A stretch of 64,000 bases of DNA from Chrysomallon squamiferum (taxonomy: Eukaryota > Animalia > Mollusca): contig CM022665.1 of assembly GCA_012295275.1 (NCBI GenBank), positions 7,006,001 through 7,070,000 on the forward strand, given 5' to 3'. The notes below the pieces were generated by a model that worked only from the letters and a program-made list of their open reading frames with translations, did no database searches and had not been told where the DNA came from. A program made the position numbers and the translations under genes. Numbering within the stretch: position 1 is the first letter of the stretch; the number at the start of each line of letters is the position of its first letter. Positions 13,376 through 28,560 of the stretch are shown here, piece after piece.

Positions 13376-15864
13376 AATATGCTATACGCCAGTAAATAAT
13401 TTAACAGATTACAAAACAGTTTGAACGAATATATATTTTTAATTAGTAATTTTTCTGCGTAGTTCTTTTTTCGTTAAACTAAAGTTAAATCATTACTGAA
13501 ATTACTAATAACTTGAACTGATTTTAATCAAAATATATCGTGAAGGAATGAATGTGTTAATGCTTAACAAGTTCTGAGATAAAAAGAAATGCGTCTCCTA
13601 CTGGGCGAACGTTAATAGCATAATCAAACTATCGTATTTGTTATTTTAAAATATTTTATAGAAAAAAAAAGAAGGATGAAGAAAAAGAACGAGGATACTT
13701 ATTAATATGAATGATATAAGAGAGGGAGAAAAATTAACGAAACGACTAGATTTATTATACTTTTTTTTCCCTTTTCTTTTTTTCTTTTTTTAATTTCTTT
13801 GGAACGTCTGAGAAGACTTAGTAATAAGACAGTAACAGGATCGCCATCTTCATCACTCGTTTGACTAACACATTATCTAATGCATCTGATGATCGATTAT
13901 CGCCTTGATATACCATCACATCTTCTGATATGATCGAGTGCGATTCTCAATTATCCGCTGCTATCGGTTTCGACGAACGCCGGATACATAGAACTAAGAG
14001 TGTAATGGGTCCTACAACGTAGTACATCAAAGACCCAATTTCTGCGATAACCCTATGATTTTCTTCATTCAGGGAGTTAATAGTTCCATCAAACTAAGAC
14101 CGAGGCAAAAGCTTTTTGTATCGAGTTTCGTGGCTTCACGGCGGCGAATAGCTTTGATTATTTCTGATGGACCCCGCGCGCTTTGTATACAGACGTAGTC
14201 CAATATTTATGGTTCGGAGGCTAATTTATTGGAAGACATTTCCCGCTTTTTGCATCGTCTGTCTAAATTTTTACACAAAGTTTTGCATTAGAGTCTGATC
14301 ATTTGATTGAAAAAAGAAAACCATTTAAGCTAAAACAAACGGGTGAAAAACAACAAACGAGATGCGGGTTTCCAGTGTTTTCTCAGTGATGCTTAAAAAG
14401 AAGCATACGCATTTACTAAAACAAGAGGAAAAAAAAAAAAAACCCACCTAAAAAAAAAATCTTTTGTGACAACATTAATGAATGTTATTCGGGGCTAAGT
14501 TAGCTTAAGTGAAGCAAATGATTTAAATTAATTAATTTGTTTTTTTTAAAAATAAGTAGAATTAAACATCAAAAGACAAAATGTCAATGGACACTTGATT
14601 CACAGTATCAATGTTCCTAGATAATGTACCCATACTATGAGAGAAACAAACGCATTTCCTTGCTTTTAACTTCACCTTTTTAATTTTACGAATGTCTTCA
14701 TTACAATTACCATTACATTTTAAAATACTTATCCCGATCGTTCACTAGAGAATTACCTCAACAAAGTAATTAGTTTTTCACTTTAGATGTTTATCCAATG
14801 TAGATTTAATATATATATATATAAATGTTTTAATTATTTAAAAAATGAATTTATTCTTATTATTGTTATTATTAGTTCTACTATTATTACTTTTATTACT
14901 GATATTATTAGTTGTTGTTGTTGTTGTTGTTGTTATTATTAGTAGTAGTAGTAACAGCAGCAGCTTACTATTTTTGCCGACGACGTTATTATTATTACCG
15001 TTAGTAAACTATTAGTATTAAAACTAGTATTAGCATTAGAATTAGTTTGGTTGTTGCTGTTCTTGTTGATCAAATGACACTCATTTCATTTTGAAAGATA
15101 AAATGTCGAACGTCTCAACCTTTTCCCGTTATTATTATTATTATTATTAAACAATATGTAATAGTTTTAATATTTTATGTAGGAAGCGTTTTAAAATTAA
15201 TTTAATCAGGTTCAAAGTGCTTTGCATTCAGAGAGCAAAATAAATTTGTTATTTCATAACTCTGAAAAAAAGAAAAAGAATTAAAAAAACACGCGGAACA
15301 GGTTTACTTAATATCTGATTATTCTCGCTAGGAAGAAATTATCAAAATGTGAAATAAAACTTGTATTCAGTAGGATGATCAAAGGTCGGATAGGAATTTA
15401 CAACAGATTCTGTAAGATTCTAAGTACAGATTTGAATTTCCAAACGTACAAATATTTTAGATTTGACGTACTACATATGGCGGCGTTTCTTCTTCTTTAT
15501 CTTTTATTATTATTATTTTTTTATTATTACTTATTTATTTATTTATTTATTTATTTTATTTTGCCTTCTTTATAATGAAAGTCATTTCATCCTGAAATTT
15601 ACCTAATACTGGAGCTTCATTTTCCTGACTTTCTGTTTTGGGACATTTTCAAAACCAACATTTATCTATTTATTTATTTAAAAAGAAGGGAAAAGAAATT
15701 AATCTCGCTTAGTTGTTTAAGTCTAGGAAACGTAAGAAGATCATTTTAAAGAGTTATTCATCTATAATAAAACGTTTTTATTCCAGTTAACATTAAAAAA
15801 AAAAAAAAAAAACCATTCCAGTTAACAATACCATTACTCATGACCATTTCAAATGTATTCTCTC

Positions 15865-15895
<31 letters not shown>

Positions 15896-16153
15896 GGAAT
15901 GCCTCGGTTATAATTTAACAAAATTATTCCTGTATGAATAGACTCAATCAGCGGAATCAAGAGGCTGAACTTATTAACAGCATTAAAATAACACATGAAA
16001 CAGAATAAATTGCTCATACACTCCATTATGTTTCACTAGCAACATCTACAGTTACTGAGATACACTGCGTTCTTGAACAAGAAAATTATGGACAAGCAAA
16101 TTAAAACTGAGTTCTTTGCACGGCCATTATGTTTATAATATACCCCGACCAAA

Positions 16154-16210
16154 TCTTTCTTTTCCAAACAGGTTCATGAAATTGTCATGAACCTGTTTGG
16201 AAAAGAAAGA
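16154..16210. repeat. Perfect 26-bp inverted repeat with 5-nt loop
   Basis: TCTTTCTTTTCCAAACAGGTTCATGA-aattg-TCATGAACCTGTTTGGAAAAGAAAGA. Confidence 0.95.
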
Positions 16211-16302
16211 AAAAATGTATTTCACATATTTGAACATATATCATATATATTTCATTTTGTCACATAAATACTAGTCTTTCGATTATAATCTCTGATTTGT
16301 GT

Positions 16303-16314
16303 GGCCATAAATCA
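16303..16314 (-). promoter_or_regulatory. Pbx/Exd-Hox composite site TGATTTATGGCC
   Basis: Plus strand GGCCATAAATCA is an exact 12-mer match. Confidence 0.45.
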
Positions 16315-17998
16315 ACAAAGTAGAGGTTCACGCTGTACATTATATTATCCTCAATTTCTATGGACAGCGTCAAAACCTGAAAGCGAGACTTCGATTTAGA
16401 GTTATCTTCCAATCAAGAAGGGCAAGGTTACACCTTTTAGTGTTAAGAAAAACCGCCCTGTCTTTGTCGAGAGTAATTTGTTACTTGATGGTCCTTAACA
16501 AACACCAGGACATGTAAAAGGAAGTTTGTGTTGTGTATAATAAAGAACATTTTGACCGACGTTCAGTGACTGACGACTGTTTGTTGACACTATAGTATTC
16601 TTAGTGCCGTAATTCACCTGTAGTGGAAACCTAACCGATAATAATTTATGCTTATTTCAGCCGATTTCGTAGTTTATGATAACATTAAAACAATTACTGA
16701 TATATAAATAATGATTAACCTTACCGATTGTTTTAAATTCTAATTTGTGTCTAGCCAAAATGTGTAAAGAACTCAGCAAGAGAACCACAATATTAATCAT
16801 TGTCGTGAAAACAATTTTTAAAAATTATATACTGACAGAACGGAAGATAGGCACAAACATTTATCATTGATTATTTCTTACTCCTTCATCGAGTAGTAGT
16901 CAGTCGTTCTGTGTATCTGTCTCCCGCTACATTACTTGATTTGTTTATAGTGTTGATGGGAGGGTGTACTAATGCAGACATATACACTTTTTCGAAATAA
17001 AATTCTTCTCTTGTTTTATAATTATTGACTACTTCTACTACTACTACTGCTGCTGCTACTACTAGTACTATAATGATAATAATAGTTATTATTTTTGTTG
17101 TGATTATATAATTAATCAGACGATTTCAAAATAAAATTATAACTGTCCATAGGCAACGTTTATCAGAGAAAAAAACCCAAGTACTATTTGAAGCACAGAA
17201 AAGACTAAGTTTAAATAGATATTTTTTGTTTTGTATTTAATAATATCATTTTGTAAAACTGAAAATTTAAATAACAACAACAACGATAACAACAATAATG
17301 ATAGTATAACAGATTTACTGAGATTGTCTTACAACGCTAAATCGTTCCGTCACACACATACATACATACGTACAAACACACGTTATAAATCGACTTCAAG
17401 AGAGAAATATAAAACAACAAAAACCACAATTGTTAAACAGTATCCGTAACTTTTTTTTTTTCCCCTCTTTTCAGCTGCAGCACTTGTGCACGGCGGACTT
17501 CTCTCACTTTGATAACATCATATCCAAACACTTTTCTGTCTCAATTAAACTTGATTTTTGACCCCATCTCAAAGCCCCTTAAGGACTAAGCTCATCACAG
17601 AGTTTTATTGGCGTTGTATTAAAAGATCGCGTGCTAGCGGGCGCGCTGTCATTCGCTGAGATGATCGAAGTGTCTCGTTGCGTGCAAGGTACCAAACGAC
17701 TTAGGCTTTATCCCTGTCAAACTGGGCGAACTACGACCACTCCATTACAGGGCAATTCTTCATCAATTTAACTGTAATATTTTTCTTGCTGTATTTAATT
17801 TTGCTTCCTATTACTGGTCGAAACTACATCTGCATTCATCAGTTATATGACCGTATTCTAGCTTTAATGCCTGTCCGCTTTTTTTTCCCCTCCTTATTTC
17901 AGTGAACAATGTCATACGTCCGTCGTTAGTTATAAACTTATCCTGCTATGTTACTGGAATAAAAATGTTAATGTTTTTCAAATAGTTTTTTTTTTAAG

Positions 17999-18000
<2 letters not shown>

Positions 18001-18042
<42 letters not shown>
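18001..18042. repeat. (TC)n microsatellite
   Basis: Direct reading. Confidence 0.95.
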
Positions 18043-18045
<3 letters not shown>

Positions 18046-18184
18046 GGCGGTATAAAGTAGACAAATTTAAATTAATACAGATGTTTTTGTGTGCGAAACT
18101 AATATTGTCTTACTTCCAAATTAAATATTCTATTGTTTTCATTAAATCTTTGAGACAGAAAAAAAAAAAAAAAAATAATAATAA

Positions 18185-18225
<41 letters not shown>

Positions 18226-18561
18226 ATAGTAATAGTAATAGTAATAATAATAATATTAATAAGAAGAAGAAGAAGAAGAAGAAGAAATTTGTAGAAAGAA
18301 AATGAATTTTAAAAAATAATAAAATAACAAATAAAAAATGTTGTTAAATATTACTTTTCGTTCTTTAATCTTGAGGATTTTTCTTTTTTTGTTTTGGGGT
18401 TTTTTAAAACTATTTTTTATTATTCTATTTTTTTATTTTATATATATTTTTCTTTCTTAGGTTTAACCAGCATATGTGCAGAGATCTAGTTGTAACCGTC
18501 GTTCCGTTTACATTAAAAATATTTATAATTTTATCACACAAAAAATTCCTTCTTCTTCTTT

Positions 18562-18592
<31 letters not shown>

Positions 18593-19908
18593 TTATTTTT
18601 CTTGGAGTGGGGATTTCAAAAATAATTATAATGTAAGTATTAAAAGCATTAATTTGGGCTAAAATAATTAGAATAAAATCAAAATAATTACGAAAAAATA
18701 AAACGAATGTATTTTATTGCATATAAAGTCACATTCGTGACATTAGCTGTGTTTATATCATGCAACGATGTCGAAATTTGGTTTCGTGATTACAATTTGT
18801 ATTTTTTCCTTATTTTTTTTTTTTTTTTTTTTAGCACGGTATTGTTTCGTGCGCGATTCATGTATTCGTGTCGAATACAAATGTCGAAAAATCAGCAAGT
18901 TCTTTTCTTCACTAAAGTTCATCATCATGCAATGCGACTGGGGAGAGGGCGTGTGCCGTGAATTAAGGTGTTAGTCCACAATTTAAAAGTGAGATGACTC
19001 TCGTGCAGTGTCGAGTTCTCGTACAATCTTGCAATAAACACGGCAACACGCAAACTAAGAAATCGTGTGCAGAAACCACCACACATGTGGATATGGCCAA
19101 TTAAATCTATGTATCACTGGCAGTTGAAAATGAAGTCGCCACGTAAATTACACGCAGCATGCAATGTATGTCAGGATAAAATGCGACCTCCATTGCTTTG
19201 CAAGTTAGTTCCAGGTTTAGGAATGACGAGAAACATATAGCTTGAATTTAGACTCGAAAAATTAAAAGGATTTCTAGCAGTGGAAGTCTTCCGAATCGTC
19301 TTTTAAAAAACGGAGATAAACTTTACTAGACTGGTTCTTCTTCTAAACTTACCGTGAATACATGTTTGAGTTTCTGGTTCTTAACAGTATATGTTCCGAT
19401 TAAATAGAAAAAATATCAAATATACACATTAAGAAATAACGTTTGTTCTTGGATTTTGGATTTTACAAATATATGTTTATTTTTATAGAAAACGGTGGAT
19501 TTCATTTGTATAGAAAAAAAAAAAAAAAAAAAAGAGAGAGAAAAAAAAACAACAACAAAAAACGGCACGGATTTAACAATATTAAACTGTTTTGCAAACT
19601 CTACCTGCAGGTAGGCATAATGACACCAGTGCATGCAACTCTAATGTGTCGTTTTTGTTTTTGTTTTCTATCTGAAACTACAGTTTAACTATATATAAAT
19701 ATAACAATGAATACGTAAAATTATATTGTTTCAAATTATCTTGAATAATAATTTTATGTTTTCATGTATAAATCTGACTTGCTTTTTAATTATTATATTC
19801 TGTTCTTTTTTTTTTTTTATTTAATAATAATCATCATAATAATAATAATAGTAATAATAATAACAATTATTATTATTAAAAGTGCAAATCTTTTAAAAAA
19901 TTTAAAAA

Positions 19909-19974
<66 letters not shown>

Positions 19975-19979
<5 letters not shown>

Positions 19980-20090
19980 GTCTATTTTAAAATAATTTAG
20001 CATGATATTTATTTTAAAGGCATAATATTATTTCCTATTATATATCTATTTTAAAATAATTTAGCATTTTAAAGGCATAATATTATTTCC
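19975..20090. repeat. Local tandem duplication (~60 bp unit, second copy with a small deletion)
   Basis: TCTATTTTAAAATAATTTAGCAT...TTTAAAGGCATAATATTATTTCC occurs twice. Confidence 0.85.
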
Positions 20091-20643
20091 TTATTTGTTA
20101 AATACTTTAATATTTATTAAAATAATTATTTAACACTTATGCTAGTGTTGTGGTTTATACAAAATCAACATGTAATAATATTTTTTTTTTTTTTTTTTTT
20201 TGTAACAGATAATGTTAATGTATTTATTCTTTATAACTCATATATTAACTTTTTTTAATTTTTATTGTTCATTAAAAGTTAGAAATTAAATTTCCATAGT
20301 TTCTTAGTCTTCTTTTTTTTTTCTTCTGTATTTTTAATATTAAGTATTATGTGTTCGTTTGTAATTTTAGTAAAACAAACAATAGTCAAGAATAATGCAA
20401 TAAAAAAATTACCTGAGACTATCAAGAAAAGTATACATATGTATCTGGTGTTAGGTATGATATAATATACGAATGATTATTGTTTTTATTATTTTTTTTT
20501 GAATAACGATAAAAAATAAAAAAATTGGTACGAAGGTATGTTGAACTTAAAAATCAAACAACAATAATAGTTTTTGTAACACTTAATATAATATTATATT
20601 TATTTATTTTGTAACACACTGTACACAAATATTATATGTGTGT

Positions 20644-20683
<40 letters not shown>

Positions 20684-21305
20684 GGAAAAATAATTAATAT
20701 AAAAACCGCACAAAATAAATATTTTAAAAAACTGTCATTATTTTTCCAGTTTTCATTTTGAAAATATACGTATGTATTTCTTTTTATATTTAAGTGTTTT
20801 TATATTATTATAAAACATACACACTCGCATGCACATGCCGTTTTAATAGATACTATTTAACTGAAACATTTATATGCATGTTTGTGTGGGTGTATGTGTA
20901 TACATGTAGGTACACAAATATATACATATATACACACACATACATACATATATTCATATATAATATTATTACAAAAACTGTATTCATTAATTTTTTTAAT
21001 TTTTTATTTATATTTTACTTTGTTTATAATAAAATATAAATGTTATAGTGAAAAAAGAATTTAAAAAATAAAATAAATTAGTTATTAATATTTACGTTTC
21101 TTTAGTTTCAGTTAACTATTATTACTAAAAAGTAAAAACAGAAAAAAGGCGAGAATATAAAATATAAACACTTTTTAAAAATAATAATAAAACCACAATT
21201 AGCAATTTTCAAAATAATGGATAACGCTACTTTTATTTCGAAAATAACTGTATTATTTTTATTCTTGTTATTCATAAACGACTTTATGATAACAAGATGT
21301 ATTAA

Positions 21306-21370
<65 letters not shown>

Positions 21371-23183
21371 GAGGGGGAGAAGGAGGAAGGGAAGAGGAGG
21401 AGAATGAGGAAAATGTGGAAAATTAGTTTTTTGTTTATTCTTGTTCATCAGTGTTTAAATTTTAAGAGGTTTTATTTATTTTTGAATTAACACATGCACA
21501 TATGTACACGAATTGTGCATGCGTGTGTCCATGAGTGTGTATATATATATTTTTTTTTATATGGTTTCATATACCCATGTACATAACAAAACAAAACAAA
21601 AAAATAAAAAATAAAAAATAAATAGATAAATAAATAAAGGAAAGGTTTTATTTGTAACAACTGACAAAATATCAAACACAGTTTAGATAAAATTATTTTT
21701 CAGTATTTAGCATCTGTCGACTGTCATCGGCCGGGTTTAGTAAAACAAAATTTAAAAATCAATATCTCTGAAATTTACGGGGTAGCTCTTTATTAAAGGA
21801 ATTTAAAAATAAAACCACGCTGTTGAACTGATTTCACGTAGATTCTTTTCTGTTCATCAAAGCGTTGTTCACGTTGCTATGATTCCGTCACGGCTCATTA
21901 CGACAACTAAAACTGAAGAACTTGATAAAACATAGCCTCTGGCGGGTCTCTGAAAAGTACTGTAATGGTCACAATGAACCTGACAGGAAGAAAAAGAGAA
22001 AATTCTCTTGATGATCATCGTATATTTTAACGAGGTTATTTGCTATAAGACGAATCGAATCCGCTTGATTAGTAGCGCGAGTCAGCACGTGCAATGCGCG
22101 TGGAATATTCCCTAGGGGCTTCTGTGAGATAGTGGGACCGCTTGACAGGGGAAGATAACGATCACAATTTGATTTCTCCCCTATCCCGTGAATAATTTAT
22201 CTGACGGTGCTTTACGCTGCTTGGTAGAAATTACTGCACTACCGCAGACTCCTTCGTATTCATCCCAGGCCAGGTGTGCAAAAATTTACCTTGATTAGAT
22301 TTTCGCTAGTCGACGCAGGTAAATTAGAATTTAATTAAATGTTGAGAACAGTGTAATTGAATTGATGTGTTGTTCTTACTGCTACTGGTTTTCAGTTGAT
22401 GTTGCTTAGTACGACGATATTAATTATTCCGTTTGTTGAAAAAAATCCATTCGCTCTGCGCGAATAAAATCTCTCTCTCGGCAGACCAACAGTGCACATC
22501 GATTATTTAAAGAAAAGGAAATTAAGAAGATATGTTTATTTTTCTCTGCTTTCAATTCTTCTTCTTAAAAGTAAATGTTATTGAAGAATGTTGTCAGTGT
22601 TGTTATGTTTTTTAAATCTAAGACTTAATCATTGTCTTGAAATTAGCCTTCACCTAAAATCCACCACAGTCGAAAGGAAGGGGGAAGGAGAAAAACTTTT
22701 CTTTCAGCCAGAAACAATGGAAACATACCGGAGAAGTAAAAAAATGTAGGATATGGCGTGACATTATTTTTTTTATTTTTTTATTTTTTAAAAATAATTT
22801 CTTTCTTTCAATTTCTCCGTTTTTTATTTTTTTTTTTTTTTTATATATATATATATTATTTACTATGTATTTCTATAATCGCATAAAAAATATGAACATT
22901 TGAACAGAAACATTTTAGATGTGATATATTTAAAAAAAAAAAAAATTTGTAGCCCTACATAGTTGTTTGTTACTAGTGCAGATATAAATTAAAATTATTT
23001 TCGAGATTTTCAAAGACAAAAAGGAGCGCACACACCATTAACATTCTTGTCTTACAGAATGAATGATATACAACACGATATCTGTTGACGCTGTTTCACG
23101 TTGTAAACTATCCTAGTGATATCACATATACTGTCTAAATACTGTCTAAAACACTTTTAGTAAATCTCTTATGATTTAAAAAA

Positions 23184-23220
<37 letters not shown>

Positions 23221-23815
23221 TAATAATAATAAATCAATACACATGCAAAACCTGATAAAATAATATTGTCAGTAGTATTTTATTATTTACTCATAATTCT
23301 AATAAATGTCCTTCTAATTAATAATAATTATAATAATAATAATAAAAATAATTATTTTAATTGTTTAGCAAATAAATTAATATTCAGCTGTTAATTAATT
23401 CAGATGTTACTGTTTACTTTTTAACATTTGCTTTACCACTAGTATTCTGTACATTTTTAACATTTTAAAGTTAACCGCTGATTTCTACGTATCTAAAATC
23501 ACACCAGAAACGTATTAAAATATCTCTAAATTTAATTCAAACTGTCTATGCTGTCAAAGAGAATTTCTAAAAATGGTAAAAGTACAGAGAGAGACAAATC
23601 AATGATAAGATATTAAAAGAAAAGATTAAAAATAATATATATATATAAGTATATCAATCTCAAAAATCTTTGTAAAATTTTTGTTCTCTTTTTTTATTCG
23701 CGGCACACTGTTACTCATACGATTTGTTATTATAAAAAATATTAAATATACAAGAAGAAAAAAAAAAAAAAAAAAAAAAGTATGATAAATAAGTTACTAA
23801 TATTTCATAAGCAGT

Positions 23816-23879
23816 TTATTTATTTTGAAAAAGTTAAGAAAAAGGATTATTTATTTTGAAAAAGTTAAGAAAAAGGATT
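23816..23879. repeat. Perfect 31-bp tandem duplication
   Basis: TTATTTATTTTGAAAAAGTTAAGAAAAAGGA x2. Confidence 0.9.
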
Positions 23880-24610
23880 GAACTGTTTTCTTATTTTCAT
23901 TGGTAACACTAATTCTAAAATTATTTTCAACAAATAACGTTATGTGTTTACGACTCTACAGACCGTCGATAGTTGTTTGTTAGAATTTGTATGTTTTGAT
24001 GTGTCTGACATGGGATTTGTCCATAAATGGTTACTACAGTAACCAAAAATAATAATTTATTTAATTATATATAGAATTGGGGGAAAAAAGATGGAGAAAG
24101 ATTAATTTTTGAGAAAAGTTAAAAATTATCAACCGATCCTTAGAAACTGGAATATAATCATGTGGCTAACGTTTGAAAGAGAAATCAATTACTGCTGTTG
24201 TTGTTCCTATCAGATGTAACGTGTAACGATCAAAGGAGGACCACGGAGATACAGAGGACGATAGTATTGTGGAAGGCAACAAAGCCCTGATCTTACAGCA
24301 CCAGGCAGTGTTTTAATCTGTGGATAAATCAGCTCAGCAGATGCAGATATTCACAAAAACACTCGTCTTTTCAAAACTCTTATCAACGAACAAAGAACTC
24401 TGAAGTTCAATATACTCGCGCGACTTCGGTTGTGTACTCCTCCGATACGTGTGTTGTTGTCACACCTCTTTCCTTAGTTAAACTGACAACAGTCACGCAT
24501 TATAACCAAAATATTATTCAGAAGCATTCATGCGAATATTTCTTTCATTTATTTTATTTTATTTTATTTTATTTTATTTTATATTATTTTATATTATTTT
24601 TATTTTATTT

Positions 24611-24653
<43 letters not shown>

Positions 24654-24956
24654 AGAAGAATAATAATAATGAAATTAATTTTATCTTAAAAGTTATATTC
24701 CACCCCTATGATAGCCATCCCTTTTTAGGGGCTTTATTATTTATTTTTTCCCTCAAATTCTGATTCGTCCCTGTTGTTAGTAGCTCAACCAAAAAAATAA
24801 TATAAGGGCATATCAAATAATATCTCATCAAACATTTTTGACAAGGTGTGAGCTTGTTATAAGTATGAGAAATAGTTCACACCAGCAATTATGAGTAGTT
24901 TTTAATTATGAGTAGTTTTTATCGTATCATATATATTTCATGTCATTCTTTCCCTT

Positions 24957-25001
<45 letters not shown>

Positions 25002-26390
25002 TAGAAGAAAAAGTAAATAATATAAATACATATATTATTGCTTTTATTATTATTATTGAATGAAAATGCTTACTACCTCCCCTCAAAAAAAATAAAATAA
25101 ATAATAATAATAATAAAAAAATAATAATAGTAATAATAACAATAATAATAATATATAAATAAATATAAAAATAATAAAATAAAATAAGAGAAAGATACCC
25201 AGATTTGATATAGACATAACAAGTTATTAAGAATACAAATCAATAATTCTGTTAAAGTTTTAACAAATACAAAAAATTTGAAAGAATAAACGAATATTTA
25301 AATATTATAAATATGGTGTTTTGATTTAGAATAACCTCAGTAAAACGTGAAGTGGCATAGCGTGTTTGCAAAATAATGTTTGGTTTTAGCGCTCATCTTT
25401 CTGCTTCTTTCCTTTCTAGCAATTATTTTAAACGTTCAGTCTTTAACAAGTGATGTTTCAAACTGTGATTCAGAAATAACATGATATGCCGCCAAGAACA
25501 AAAGAAAATAATGAATCGTCCACAATATAATTAGCATAAAAATATTTGATTTATGTTGACGCCAAATTACGCCCCTAACGTCGTTGTCCGTCATTAGTAC
25601 GGCGGGGTAGCCATTTCCCGATGCATCGTGCCAATTCTCGCGTGAGTACCGCGAAGTCTCGATGCTGGGCTTATTATGTGGCGGCTTCCAAGACGAAATC
25701 CCCAGCTGAAAACTTAAGAATATGGCTAATCTCTGACAGAGAAGAAAGATGCCTCGCGAGACGAAGGTGTCAAAACATTGTCAATCTTACGAATACGATT
25801 TAGCAAATTCCTTTCTTCCATAGGGAATATTTCCCGTAATGTTCATTTGCATTCAAACCACAAACATATCATCTTAGAAAGATGGTTAATTAGTAGCGGA
25901 TCCTTAGATTATTATTTCTTTTCTTTTCTTTTCTTTTCTTTTTTTTACTTTCAAGACAAATAAACAGAATTTGAAAAAAGAAAAATTGTGAAGAATGAAA
26001 TAAGGTTATGGTTGAAGTTGTAAAGCACTCTCTGTAATAAAAACATTTTCCAAATCTTTTGATTGCATATCATTTAAAAAAAATAATAAAAAAAAAAAAA
26101 AAAGAGAGAGAAAGAAAAAATAAAAAATAAATTAAAGGAAAGGTTATAATAATAATAATAATAATAATAAATACTTAAATATTTAAATGATTTTTGTTAA
26201 GTGCCAAAATGTGAAATATGCCAAAGGCAGGAACCGAATTGTTGTAACAAACTTTACTTTAAGTACAACAAATCTGTGATAAATGATATTACATTTTAAA
26301 GGTAATGTTATTTCATGTACAACATGTACTGCTTTGTTGTACTGAAGAAGTGAATATAAATACATAATTAGATAATATCTTTAAAATAAT

Positions 26391-26431
<41 letters not shown>

Positions 26432-26529
26432 TATAAGTAGGTTTTGATTTCAAAAAACATTTTCTTTCTTTCTTTGTTTCTTTTCTTTCTTTTCTTTTCT
26501 TTTCTTTTTTTCTTTTTTTGTGTTTTTAG

Positions 26530-26578
<49 letters not shown>

Positions 26579-27072
26579 TCCCCCCATTTTAACAACTACC
26601 GTTAAAAATCTTTGGTTAAACTCATCAATGGAAGACGACATCAGTGTTTCTACGTGTTGGAAAATTATGATATTCTTTTCTTTAGAATTACCGTGACGCC
26701 GTTCAGCTGACAACTCAAAGTAGTCGGAAGTGTCGTCAACGGTTACTCTCGAAACCAGCCCACTTTCGTGGACAGCTTGACAGAATTATTTCCTGAAAAA
26801 TATCGCATTCAAAGAATACGCATTAGAAAAGAAAATTGTACCACGCTATTTAATAATTCTAAAATTGCCCCAGCTTGTTACAGACATACAAGTCAGAAGT
26901 AATAAAAACAAAATTTCTCTGATGTTACATAGGCTATACAAGGTTCAAGTATTTTTATTTCATAGCGGAACATTTTTTTTTTTTTTTTTTTTTTTTTTTG
27001 CTCTGTGACGCTAACTCTTTATTTAGGAAAAAAAGGTTTAAAAATAATAAAATAAAATAAAAATAAAAGAAT

Positions 27073-27075
<3 letters not shown>

Positions 27076-27148
<73 letters not shown>
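27076..27148. repeat. (AG)n microsatellite
   Basis: Direct reading. Confidence 0.95.
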
Positions 27149-27151
<3 letters not shown>

Positions 27152-27702
27152 ATAAATGTAACGACATAACAACCAGTGTTAACTGTAATAGAAAAAAAAA
27201 AATATGAAGAAAACATTTATTATTGTTGAAGGCAGCAACAACAATAACAACAAATTTAAAATAATAACGCTATACAAATATTAAAATAAAATAAACAAAA
27301 ATTATAAATAAGCAAATAAATAAAAGCGAAGAAAATTGCTAACATATTCATTGTTAGCGAAACATTTAAATTAGTTGTTTTACACCCATACGTTTGCACG
27401 AACGCACACTCGTTCAAACATGCTTTCTAATTTATTATCCACCATCAACCCCTTTTAAGAAGGCTGGTATAACTTTTTTAATTCTTCGAGGTAATTTGTT
27501 TTGCGGGGAATCAAAATATATTTGTTTTAATTTTAATTTTTTTTTTTTAATTTTTTTTTTTTTTTTTTTTTTTGTAATCGAGTGTTAAAAAAACATTTAA
27601 ACTGCTGAAGGAATTTAAATAGATTTATTCGAAAACATTATTTACATTCTTTTAAAAACTTTTTTTATTAACATTTATTTCGTTTAATTTAATTAATTCC
27701 GC

Positions 27703-27734
<32 letters not shown>

Positions 27735-28210
27735 GTTTTTGCCGAAATTATTTTCTTAATCGAAATATCTAACAGTAAACAATTACATAACAATTTGTTT
27801 AAATCTCGTTAATTTATTTGTACCGAATGCTTCTAATTATACTCATTATTATTTATATTCACCAATATGCACTGCTGTGTCACCTGGTCAGTGCTTTAAT
27901 AAATATTTATTATTTCACCACTGTCAGTACTAAGACTTCCTTTTTATCATAATTCCTAGTCAAGGGTCAACGCAAACTGAAAACCTTGTCGCAGAAACAT
28001 CTACATTTGAATAGACGCAGGGAAATGAATATGCTTCCGTTCTATTTTGAAGAAGCGAATACGACAAAATGTTCTTTTGTCACGCAAGAAACCACTAGTG
28101 TCATCTGTAATGGTCTGTCTTTGAGTCCAGTACTGCAGAGAGAGAGAGATTCCATGTCTCCAAGACAACCGGCTTTAAGACTAGGTTTTTGATTATGATT
28201 ATGTTCGTTA

Positions 28211-28218
28211 AATAATAA

Positions 28219-28295
<77 letters not shown>

Positions 28296-28560
28296 TAATA
28301 ATAATAATGAATGAATAAATAAATAACAAGAACAACAGTAACAACATAAACAATAACAACATAAGCAGCAGCAAAACAACGACAATAATAACAATAACAG
28401 TAACAGTAACACTAATAATAACATGAACAACAATAACAAAAAAAAAAAAAAAAAAAAATGATGACAAATAATGACAACAACAAGAAGAATGATAACGGCG
28501 AAGGTGCTGGCAGTAGCGATGGTGACGTTGATAGAAATAAACAGGATGATAATGATGATT
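28211..28560. repeat. (AAT)n grading into degenerate (AAC/GAT)n trinucleotide tract
   Basis: Direct reading; source of the spurious poly-L and poly-Y ORFs. Confidence 0.9.
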
